Positions 13,301-23,933 of a stretch of DNA of 62,156 nucleotides are shown one piece after another. The notes below the pieces were generated by a model that was not told where the DNA came from, made no database searches, and saw nothing but the letters and a program-made list of their open reading frames with translations. The stretch is from Calcarisporiella thermophila CBS 279.70 (taxonomy: Eukaryota > Fungi > Calcarisporiellomycota). The position numbers and the translations under genes were made by a program. Within the stretch, counting starts at the first letter, position 1; each line of letters opens with the position of its first letter. The DNA lies in the NCBI RefSeq assembly GCF_041956535.1, contig NW_027192216.1:393073-455228 (forward strand), in the 5' to 3' direction.

Positions 13301-15264
13301 AAGGAGGACGTTCAACGCTCGCCGGTGGCTACCGAGGACTCGGCATCGACTCTCTTCCAGGAGCCGTTGTCGGTAGAGCTTAAGGCGCCGGAAGACATCA
13401 CCACGCAGTGGTATCGCGACCTGGTGCAAACTTTTGTTAGGGAATATGCGGAGTACCTCGAGACGCTGGGCATGCAGCGCGTCACCCTCAGCGACGCCGA
13501 GACTAGCGCTCCTGACCGAACCGCCTCCAGTCGGGACCTTCTAACCTCACGGTTCGCGGTGACGGAGCATTTCCAGGTGGAGAGCCCGGTGCTCTTCTTG
13601 CTCAAGGCCCTGCGCGGTGGCTCCATCATCCTCGAGATCCGCATACAACGGAACCTCTGCTGCGTCACGCTCTACACCCTCAATCGGCGGTACAGCCGGT
13701 TGTACGTTCCCGGCCCGCTGAGCGACCTCCAAAAGCGCGAGAACCTGCGCCTCTTCACAGCGGAGTGCGGCCGCTTCAAAAACATTGCCCATGTCAACTC
13801 CTTCGTGCACGATTTTCACCTCCGCTTCCTGCAGCGAATCCTCGGCCACCCCACCGCCGTGCCGCCCATCCGAGCCCTCGATGTGCTGCGCGAATTCATG
13901 GCCTATTACCGGTACCCTGCCCGGTACGCCAGAAACCGCGTCGTCACTGACACCTATCCCCTATCCGAAGTGCTCCCCGAGATATTTGCATACATCCTGG
14001 GGAACCCCCAGCGATACGGATTCCGGCCGCTGCTCTATGAGGGTCGAGCGGTGGGGTGCTTCGTGATGTCGGAGTCCCCTGACTTTCATGAGGAGTGTCG
14101 GCCAGGCCCCTACTGCCACACGCTGATCGTGTGTGCAGACGACCCATCTTACTCGCCAACGCACGACGGATTTGGCATCCGCTCCGGACTCAAGATTCGG
14201 TTCTACGTGATGGTGACCTCGCACGACTACACCAACTTGTTGGATCGCGTTGTGAGTACCCCCGCCCGCAGATTGAGGCCTAACGCTTCGGATGACGCTG
14301 TCTCCCATGAACTGATGCAGGAGACGCTGGCGCCAGTCGGCTACACGCTGGGATATGTCGTGGAGAATGCGACTCAACGATTAAAAATGATGATCCGAAC
14401 GGTACGTTCTTTCAGGTGGAAATTCAGTGCCCAGTAGTGAACTCCTCCCCCTTCCCCATCCTCCTCCTTCCCCATTCCCCCATGCTTAACCGTGTGTATT
14501 TTTGGATGAATAGGCTGCCGCTAACTTCCGCCGAGACTCGCTGTGGAGGCGCCTGATATCAGATAATAGCACATCCTATAGTGCGGATGGCTCGTCGATT
14601 TTTGGGGGAGAGACCCAAAGCCATGCCGGTATCTATCTCCTTTCTTACCCATTGTGTCTTTCCCCACACCCTATTGATTCACCCACTATTTCTAGGACAT
14701 GAAGCGTATGGACGGGACGGGCTGAGCAGCAAGGAGTTCCTGATGCTTGCGCGAAAATTCAACGGCCTCCCGCTGAGGGAGCTTGATCCGCAAATCGACC
14801 AGCTCCTGGACCTTCCTCTGGTTTGGAGTGAGGCGTTTGATTTTCTGCAGAACTTCTTCGCCCCATTTACTCGCGTCTTCCTCCAAGACCCCGACGAGCA
14901 TGAGTCTCCGATGCACACCCCGCCGGCCCCCCCAGTTGACTCCACCCCGCGCTACCACTTCCAATCCTCACAAACCTCGTCCACCCCTCATTCTCTCCAT
15001 CCCCACCCCTATTTCCCGCCGGCATCCACTTCGTCTCCTGCACGTGCCTCTCTCCACCGTATCCGGCACCTCGTCATCCTGAATCCCAGCGACAGGGACT
15101 ATTTGTTGCATTTCGTGCTGGATGAGGAGGCGACCAAGCCTGTTAAGGGCTATGCAGTATGCCGCGAACGGCGCCAGAGCCAGCTCGAACGAAAGGAGCT
15201 TGAGCACATCACCAGTGTAGGGGAGACGCTGTGCTACTGGCTCTGGAGGAAAATTTGCTCTTAA
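4377..15264 (+). CDS. SZT2: SZT2 (KICSTOR scaffold) homologue, multi-exon
   Basis: N-terminus FTRNQREQWLF..., YRIVFLIDVSAS..., LYITVVAE; VLVLITDGV...CSVIQVG...FGFVPDNENLRFLAEATSG; SARIRQGF; FACPLVFTKRFPLHWRLK; LHQKMGLF. All are SZT2-type motifs. Start reconstructed as ATG ACA AG|intron|T AGC; ends WLWRKICS*. Confidence 0.9.
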
Positions 15265-15891
15265 TGTATTCCCCCTCCACCTCCCCATCCATTTCACTAG
15301 AATCCAACCCATTGTCTTATTTTTTTTTTCATCTTCCTATTTTACTGTGTTTACCTTGACTTTTTAATTTCCTTGCCATCGTCATATAGCGCTTGAACTG
15401 TTTCTTTTTAATTTTTTCTTTGTTCTTACTCTCCCAGTATTTTTCTTTTTCATGATTTCGCAGCTACTTTATTTTTTTTTTTTCGCCTCAGTTCATTTTT
15501 AATATCAATTGTGCTTTAAATCTCCATTACAAATGCGACTAATTTGGAAATTTCGATAAGACAGCCCGTCTGCAAACATGATAGCCTGCAAAACTTTGGT
15601 TCTAGCCCATGACCAACGGATGGTGGGGATGGAAAAGGGGCTGCTGACAACAAAAATACCGAGGAAAGCAGGTATCGTAATTTGAATAAAAACCCTTTAT
15701 TTGCATTTGCAATTCGATCGTCTTAGATGCTACCAATATTAAGAGGAAAAGAATAGAAATAGAAATAAATAGATGAATAAATAAAAATAAATGGAGGAAT
15801 ATTAATTATATAGGTGCGGGTGTGTGTGAGGGGGGGGGCATGCTTGGGTCTAAATAGCGGGGAGGGGCAATGTTGTGCCGAGAGTCCGAAG

Positions 15892-17421
15892 TTATTGGGT
15901 TGCTTCCTTTTCGCTCTCCTTGATCGTGTAGGGGGGAAGCTTTTTGTCCTTGTCGTCGGCTGGCTGTGCATCGCCGCGCTCAGCTTCCTCCTGAAGGTCC
16001 TTTCGGTTGACCTTGCCACCAGTGTCCACCATGTCCTCCAGAGAGGTGCCTTTTCCTTCGACCCCGAAGAAATACCACGGGATCGAGATGAGGATGCCCG
16101 CGGCGAAAAAGCAGGACAGGCAAGCCAGGGAGCCGATCACATTCTTGTCGTTGCCACTGCCGCCTTGGAAAATGGCGATCAGGATCTTGGGGGCAACGGC
16201 GCCGCCAACGCGGCCCGCGGCCACCGCAAGGCCAATACCGGTGGAGCGGATGTAGGAGGGGAATACTTCGTTGAAGGAGGTGTAGGCGCAAATCCATGTG
16301 ATGGTGTAGATGACGATGTAGATGGTGTGGGTGATGAGGATAGGGAGCTCACCCCCCGCCTGTGCGGCGGGGTACATGCAGCATGCGGTGACGATGCAGA
16401 GGAGGTAGGAGAGCGGGAGGATCTTTTTGCGGCCGATGAGGTCGACGCCGAACGCGGCGATGATCGCGGCCGGGATCGAGAACAGGTTGCCGATCATGAA
16501 CATGAAGGGCTGCCGCTCGTTCGGGATGCCTGACAGGGGGAACAGCGCGAGCGACATGAAATTCAGCACGCCGTAGTCGCCAAAGGCCTGGGAGAGGTTG
16601 AGGGTCATGGCGAACGCGACGCGGAAGGGGTACTTGGTGAAGCAGTCGAGGATCATCCGGAACCAGGAGATCTTGGGGTGCGGCTTGTACTCCACGGACT
16701 CGGCCACGAGGGACTTGTTGTCGGGTTGCCCGGCCAGGCGCTCGATCTCACCCACCACCCTCTCCGCCTCCTCGAAGCGCCCCTGCACCAGCAACCAGCG
16801 CGGCGACTCGGGGAGCGCGAGCCGGAACCACAGGACAAACAGGGCGCCGACCGCGCCCACCCCGAACCCAATGCGCCAACCCAGCCAGGTCTCGAGGTGG
16901 TTGACCAGGGGGATCTCGATCGCGTTCGAGAGCACGGCTCCGACTCCCCACCAGCCCAGGACCAGGGCGTTGACCTTACCGCGGTGGCGCGCCGGCACCA
17001 GTTCTCCGATGGTGGCGTTGACGGCGGTGTACTCGGCCCCCACGCCGATGGCGGTGAAGAATCGGAAGGCAAGGAAGAAGGCAAAGTTGGGGGAGAAGGC
17101 CGTGATGAGGGTCATGGCGGAATACCACACCAGGGTGGTGAGGAAGGAGATCTTGCGGCCGAAGCGGTCCGACACGTAGCCGAAGCCCATGGCGCCTATC
17201 AGCGCCCCCATCAGCCAGACGGTGGTGATGTTGGTGGCCTCGAGAGCCGAGACCTGGAAATAGTGCTTAAGCAACGACATCACGCCCGACACGATGGTCA
17301 CCTCGAAGGCGTCCAGGCACCAGCCGATACTGAGCACCAGCGTGATCTTGGTGTGCCATCCCGACCATTGCAGGTTGTCGAGGCGCTTGGTGACGTTTGT
17401 ATACCTTGCTTCCGACTCCAT
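15892..17421 (-). CDS. MFS transporter (sugar-porter/NiaP/SV2-like clan), intronless, bacterial-type
   Basis: About 12 hydrophobic segments, motif A GYVSDRFGRK, RFFTAIGVGAEY, ELVPARHRG, PESPRWL, EVFPSYIRSTG. ATG at 17421 (the ORF track starts at an upstream TTG). Confidence 0.93.
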   Translation of the reverse strand: MESEARYTNVTKRLDNLQWSGWHTKITLVLSIGWCLDAFEVTIVSGVMSLLKHYFQVSALEATNITTVWLMGALIGAMGFGYVSDRFGRKISFLTTLVWYSAMTLITAFSPNFAFFLAFRFFTAIGVGAEYTAVNATIGELVPARHRGKVNALVLGWWGVGAVLSNAIEIPLVNHLETWLGWRIGFGVGAVGALFVLWFRLALPESPRWLLVQGRFEEAERVVGEIERLAGQPDNKSLVAESVEYKPHPKISWFRMILDCFTKYPFRVAFAMTLNLSQAFGDYGVLNFMSLALFPLSGIPNERQPFMFMIGNLFSIPAAIIAAFGVDLIGRKKILPLSYLLCIVTACCMYPAAQAGGELPILITHTIYIVIYTITWICAYTSFNEVFPSYIRSTGIGLAVAAGRVGGAVAPKILIAIFQGGSGNDKNVIGSLACLSCFFAAGILISIPWYFFGVEGKGTSLEDMVDTGGKVNRKDLQEEAERGDAQPADDKDKKLPPYTIKESEKEATQ

Positions 17422-20400
17422 TGACGCGAAACTCTTGAGAATAAGGGGGACCTTGGAGAGGCGGCGGGAAGAGGGGCGGGCGAAAAGAGCAGAAAAATAA
17501 AATTCCGAGCCTTGCAAAGAGCAGCCCGGCCTTCTCCCCCCGCCTATTTAAGGGTATTAAAGAATCCCCAAAATAGTGATCGGAGGGAAAATTAGAGTTG
17601 TCCTTGTAGGGGAATAGGGTAGGCGGGCTACCCTATAAGCTTCCCTTCTCAGAGCGACGTGAATCCTCATGGATACACTTGGGCAACGCTCCGATTAAGT
17701 TTATGATTCCCTCTTCTCTAGATCCAACCGCTAGAAGGTTGGTGGGCAGGCACATTGAAGTACTAGGGAGACCGTGCGGCCACGGGCCATGCTGATTGGG
17801 CGGGCCTCCCTACCATACTGAATAGTTCAAATTGCAAGTCTTGTTTAAAGTCAGAGTTCTCCGGGCTGATGACGGTCCGTCCTAGGGCCGGCGGATTTAG
17901 CACTGGATTTGCCATTTGGAGCATAGGGGAGAGTCGAGTCTGACCAGAATGCTATTTTTGTTTTTCCCATCTCTCATCTCCGGGCCCTCTGACCGCACGT
18001 GCACACCACGTTCATATTGCTGCGTCGGGGGTCAAGACACCTTCCCTAGCGGCCCTGATACTCCTACCTCCCTTTAGTTGCTGTTTTCATGGGATAAGGT
18101 AGAGATTGGCTGCCGCGTGAAGAATGCCGTCGCCAGGGGGTCATAGTGGATGCCGAGAGCATGCGAACGAGGAAGGCCGCCAGAGAGACGAAGTGGGAAA
18201 CGAGGCGCGTATTCTTGCGAGACGCCTCTTATCGCCTCTATCCTGCATGGAATATTGGTTGTCTGGCTCGGAACGGGCGAACTGACCGTGACTGGGCCTT
18301 TCCGAGTGCACCCCAATTAGAGAGGAACACACCTCCACGAGTCCCGCCAACTCGTGGGAGGTCTCCTCGGTCTGGGTAGATTTTTCCCGATAATCCCTCC
18401 CTACGCAGCTATCCTCCTACTGCTTCTGGCGGATTTCCGTGATCAATGCCACGGCAGGCTACGCAGGAACCTTCTCTTAGTGTTTGCGGCCATCTCCCAC
18501 ATTCTCCCGTCTACCGCCGCACTTGTCCTTGTGTAGAGGTTACACACTGGTCAACCCAGTGTTCCGTCCTCTCCGGGCATGTTCAGAGCTTTCAACCCAA
18601 TGTGCAAGCAAGAGTTGCAGGGGCTCACGCTCGCATAGCCCGTTTTGACAGCGCCCCTTCCCATCTCGACACACAAATGCGACTACAGTCCGAGCTTTGG
18701 CACCCGTGGTTGAACCAATCACCCTCCCCCACCTAAAAAGGTAGCGTCTCTTCTCGGTTATATGGGATTACCGGTGGGATAGAAGGTGGCCTATATAAGT
18801 GCTCTACGATAGCAGCCCTTAATTGCGAAGCCGTTGGGAGCCAAACGATGCCTCGATACCATGCCTCACACGATATCAAATCATGCTATTTTCCTCCTGC
18901 CATCCTATGAGCATTCACTCCAATCCTAATTTATTTTATTCCGCTGGTGCATTTTGTTCGAGTCCAAAGTCATCAACCCTACAAAGAGCATGCATGGGGG
19001 AAACATATAAAAAAATGTAGAAAACGTGGAAAATCCGAAATTGACTTTTTTAATTTCTCTGGTTTATTCATAATTTCAATGCTCCTTGTCCATATAAAAC
19101 ATAGTAAAAGTATAGAAAGATGGTTAGAAAAGTTCCAGAATCTCCATGTTTTCTCTATTTTCCCCGTGCATGCACCTTTGTAGGGCAATAAAGACCCAAG
19201 ATGGATATCTATAAGCGACCTATCTACCGCTACGAAGCCGTCAGAAGCCTATTTTGGGATGAGGTCTTCTCGAAGGATTTCTCTAAAAATGATTGGTCAG
19301 AGGCACCATTTGTGATTATTTACAAAGCGTGCTTGAAGAGATCTTTCCTATGGACTGGGTTTTTTTTTATACACGTCATGCTCCTCTTATATTAATCCAG
19401 CCACGATTGCCTTATACTTTAACTCCATAAATTGATGATTTATGAGGTTTTATCGCCCAAATTCAGCGCGAATTCTTATTAGGGGTTCCAGCGGGGAAGC
19501 GAAGTGAGACTTGGGTGGATACACATGAATAACCTCGAATATCCGGAATAGAATTCCGTGTTTCGCGTTTTCAGCATCACCGAAGGAAGAACACTAAAGA
19601 GAAAGACAAAGCCGATAATAGTAGCTAGATTTACACGGCCCTGGCATCTTTATTCCATTAAGTTTTCAAATCATAAAATGCTTTCACAGGATAAAAAGTC
19701 ATATGACAGTAAAAAAAATCCCTCATTATGCTTAGACGGATACGGCTTTGCATCTCTGATGGGGTCCTTTTAGGACGGCCACCGCCTCCGTCTATCCAGA
19801 TATTTCATCACCTCAGAAGGCCTGCCGTATGGGGCAGTCCCTCGAGCGAGAGCTTCGTTAAATCCAGAAGAGGAGGGGGGGGGGCATAATATGGGCGCGA
19901 GATCGTGCACATCCGAAGAAGGAGCAAATCGGATGTAGGGTCGAAACCTGTCCATGCTTGTGTCATTTCTCTTCAAAGGCAAATAAGTTTTACCACGCTT
20001 CCACGTATTTAGGGTGTGCGGCGTCCAACCAAGCAATTACGATAGACAGCGAAACGAAAGTTCATAGGCCGAGGAGAAGGGTTGACGCGCTCAAGAAGGA
20101 AGGGGACACTGTACTCATTGAGGCACGGCGCGTAAATTGCCCTCTCCTCTGGGAACGGTGACATAATCCTTAGGAGCAATAAAGGAACGGCGCACGCGAT
20201 TCATTAAGTTTGTGCAAGAAGTGAGTCGAATGCAACATGGTAATGCGAGATCCAGAGTTTCCTGGGGATATGAGTGGCTATAGGAATTAGCCTTCAATAA
20301 GGATGAGATTGGGACCCTTTGGGATCCTTTCCTGAACCCTTCTTCGTAGAAATTCACTTTAAGCTTCAACGTGGCCACTTTACACGGCCGTGAACGATTG

Positions 20401-20493
20401 GGTTGAGGTCTTCGGAACCCGAAAATTGGCGGAGTATCTCGGCAGTTCTCTATTTCACACATAGGAGGACAAGATTGGAGCGAGGAAAGATGA

Positions 20494-20545
20494 AGCAGTA
20501 GCAGCAGAAGCAGGACCAGCAGCGGCAGCAGCAGCAGCAGTAGCA
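20494..20545. repeat. Imperfect (GCA/CAG)n microsatellite in intergenic DNA
   Basis: gcagtagcagcagaagcaggaccagcagcggcagcagcagcagcagtagca. Confidence 0.8.
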
Positions 20546-21674
20546 ACCGCCTCCCAATTCAGATTGGTAAGCAACGCGGCCGGCTCGGTGATGCCCGGTC
20601 AGGGCTGGGCCACGGTTTCCCGCTTGGGATCCTGCGCGCACCTGCTCGTACCTCAAGTTCGACTGCTGTAGAAGGGGCACCGACATTGCCATTCTCCCTC
20701 ATATAACAAGGGCCCTAGGAGGGAGCATGACAAGGCCACGGGCATGAAACTCAGCAGTCGGCAATACATTCTCGAGGGGGGGGGGGACTCTGGCGTGGGA
20801 ATCAGCCCACTATAGGAGCTCCACCGCCCGTGGGCGATATTGCTTAACGCAACTTGGGAAGACTTTAAGCCGTAGGGCCATTAGCACTCTTGGTGGCTGG
20901 GGCCAAGGAGAATCAAAGGCATGCCCGGTGCTTAGAGTTAATGGATAGCACAAGGAGAAGGTTGAATGAAGGAGATCAGAAAGCCGGTCCCCCACGGATT
21001 TGGCAGGAGGCGAGGGAGGAGGGGAAAATGCTTGTAACCACGGCCGTGAGCCGGATTGGGAATAAGCGGGTGCTCCGGCTCACTCGGGCATTTTGCCCAG
21101 TTTGTCAGATTGGAGGCTCCGTGACTGGGCAATTCGAGGTGCCAGGCTCGCAGTTTTCCTTGTTTGAGTCATGGACGCGGAAACTCCAGGAAGTCCGAGG
21201 AGATTAGATCTGGAGGCGCTTCCCTATCTTGTCAAGGTGCTCCCGGCGCACGCCCGGCGGCCGCGCTCAGCCGCGGCCTGGGCTGCACGCGAGGGGCGGG
21301 CGGCAGGGGGAATTTCAAGTAGCGTGTCGCAACGGTCAGAGAATCAAAGGCCGTTGCTGATGGGCTCCGATCCTGGCCAACTCCGAGCGGTGGTGAATGT
21401 TAGAGGAATGCTCTGTGCTCCTCCACCCCAAAATTTTTTTTCCCAGTTTCTCTCGGGGGGAGTTGCACAAATTGAAACTCCATCCGGCCTCCTGCTCCTA
21501 ACACGGGCTTTCCCTCTTCTGTGAAGCGATCACGGATCTCAATAGCTCAGCGCTGCTCCATCCCTCTGCCCTGCTCGGCCTCCCGCTCTCATCCCATCCG
21601 ACTCAAGCCCGCCTCCCCCCCCCCCCCCCGCGCGATACCCACGCATTCCTCCCGCCTCATCCCCATCCGCAAGA

Positions 21675-23164
21675 ATGCTTGACACGCTGCACTCCGCATC
21701 CCATCCTCTCGTCAATGTGAATGTCCGAAGCTACTACGCAGTCCCCCCCGCATCCAAAATGCCGCTCACTGCAGACGCAATCGCTGAGGAGGATTCCCCT
21801 TCCACCACCTCCGCACCGGCATCCAATCCCGACGACGCAAATCAGCACCAGCAGCAGCTGCTGCTGCAGGATGCCGCAAGAATCAAGGCGCTGCGGAGAC
21901 GCACGGCGCCATCCTCGCTCTCCCACTCCGCCGTAACCGCTCAGATGCTAAGAGGGCCATGCTTCATCTACAGGCCCAGCTTCGGCTTGAAGGATTTCTC
22001 GCTGCTGGAGACCCTAGGTAGCGTTCGAATCTCCCCGCCGACTGGCATCGGCATCGTTGCATGCGTGAGCTGATCACTGTTCTGTTTTTCTCTTTTTATC
22101 CTCCATCTTAAAGGAACGGGCACATTCGGTCGTGTCTATCTGGCCAAATTCAAACGCAATGGCTCCTACTATGCCATGAAGGTGTTGAAGAAGGCAGAGC
22201 TAGTCCGATTGAAACAGATCGAGCACATTAACTCGGAGCGCCATATCCTGAGCCGGCTGAACTTTCCGTTTATCGTGAATCTGTGAGTGCTGCTCCTTTG
22301 TCCATCTTGCATCGCGCACTAACCCGCCGCCTTGGCCCACAGCTTCTGCACTTTCCAGGACACGCAGTATCTCTACATGCTGCTAGAGTACGTGCCCGGA
22401 GGCGAACTCTTCTCCCATCTCCGGCGCGCTGGGCGCTTTTCTCCAGACACCGCTCGCTTCTACGCCGCGGAAATCGTGCTGGCCATCGAGCATCTTCACG
22501 CACAGAACGTGATCTACCGTGACCTGAAGCCGGAGAACCTGCTGCTCGACCCCCGCGGGCACATCCGGATCACCGACTTCGGCTTCGCCAAGCACGTGGA
22601 GGACCGGACATGGACCTTGTGCGGCACGCCCGAATACCTGGCCCCCGAAATCATCAACAGCTCTGGGCACGGAAAGGCGGTCGACTGGTAAGGGCTCTCC
22701 CCCCCACGCGGCTCATGGCCGAGAGCGTCACTGACCCCTCTTTACCTCGCCTCCATAGGTGGGCCCTTGGCATCCTTATCTTCGAGATGCTGGCCGGCTA
22801 TCCCCCCTTCTACGACGACAATCCGTTCAAAATCTACGAGCGCATCCTCGCCGGCCGCATCCACTTCCCCCCCTACATCGACCCCGTGGCCAAAGACCTG
22901 ATCAAGCGCCTGCTCACCGCCGATCGGACACGGCGCTTGGGCAATCTCCGAGGGGGGGCCGACGACATCAAGCGGCATAAATGGTTCCGCGGGGTGGACT
23001 GGCAGGGCCTGTTGTGCAAAACGGTGCCGGCGCCTATCGTCCCGACCGTCATGCACTCGGGCGATACTAGCAATTTCGAAAAGTATCCCGAGGTGGAGCT
23101 GGAGGACGAAATGGGCCGGATGGACGGCGAGGATCCTTACCGGTGCTACTTTGAAAGCTTTTGA
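21675..23164 (+). CDS. cAMP-dependent protein kinase catalytic subunit (PKA-C/PRKX-like), 4 exons
   Basis: LETLG|[46 protein letters not shown]-terminal FESF hydrophobic motif. The start could be a later ATG (MPLTAD). Confidence 0.93.
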
Positions 23165-23933
23165 TACAGCCAGCGACCCGTCTTCGCGCTGCTGTTCCCC
23201 CCCCTCCCCTCCCCACTTCACCCTCGCCCCATATGCCTTTGCCTCTTTCCTCTTCTATCAAATTATCTATCTATATAAATATATATATATACATATTTTC
23301 TTTTATGTTCATTACTTTATTTTGTAATGTGTAGGGAGTGGATCTTCTCTACTTTGTTGAATATCGCCTTGTCATCTCTGTTTCTTTGCCCTTCTATCAT
23401 ACTGCTATGTTATTTCTTTCTCTTTTTCTCTTTCTTTCTTTCTTCCTTACTTCCACTTTAGTGTGTGTTTTCGAGTGCTTGTGTACAATTAATTATTCAA
23501 TGAACTGGGAAATATTTCTGATCCTCTACCCACTCTCTCGCGTCGCGAATCAAGAGCTCTCTCGATCTCCCCCTCCCCCCCCCATTGGGCGAGGCAGAGG
23601 AATCGTGTCATGCTCGATTTTCGAAGGAGAGACGGGTTTCACCGTCAATTCTTGCCCTCGAATCTGCATGAAGCAGGTTCCATGTCGGAAGAGGAAAAAA
23701 CAACCCCCTCTCCCTCGACAAATCTTGTCTTGATGCCAACCGGTTAGAGTTCTCATCAACGTGTCACCATCTTTCGGCATATTCTTGTCAGCTGAAAATG
23801 AAAAACATGCATTGCATTTAAACACAAGGAAGAAGCGAATGAAATAGAGAGAAGGCGTCTTTATCAATGGGACATCAATCTATACAAGGTTTTAGTTTCG
23901 CTGGCCATCTGGCCATGGATTGCGGCGCAGCAC

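Noticed and set aside
15814-17424. Long plus-strand ORFs (239, 193 and 248 aa) opposite the MFS gene, and similar ones opposite SZT2, PKA and EF-G2
   Set aside because: Antisense shadows caused by GC-rich third codon positions; no recognisable motifs.
17866-17895. CTGATGA followed by a stem, resembling a hammerhead ribozyme core
   Set aside because: The required GAAA after stem II is absent (GCGG instead).
18665-18690. ACACAAATGCGACTAC, resembling RNase P RNA CR-V
   Set aside because: No complementary CR-I/P4 strand found upstream.
20490-20570. TAG codons inside a CAG run suggesting TAG-to-Gln recoding
   Set aside because: Conserved genes here (COX4, SHQ1, ATP18) end at TAG at the expected positions; the standard code fits.
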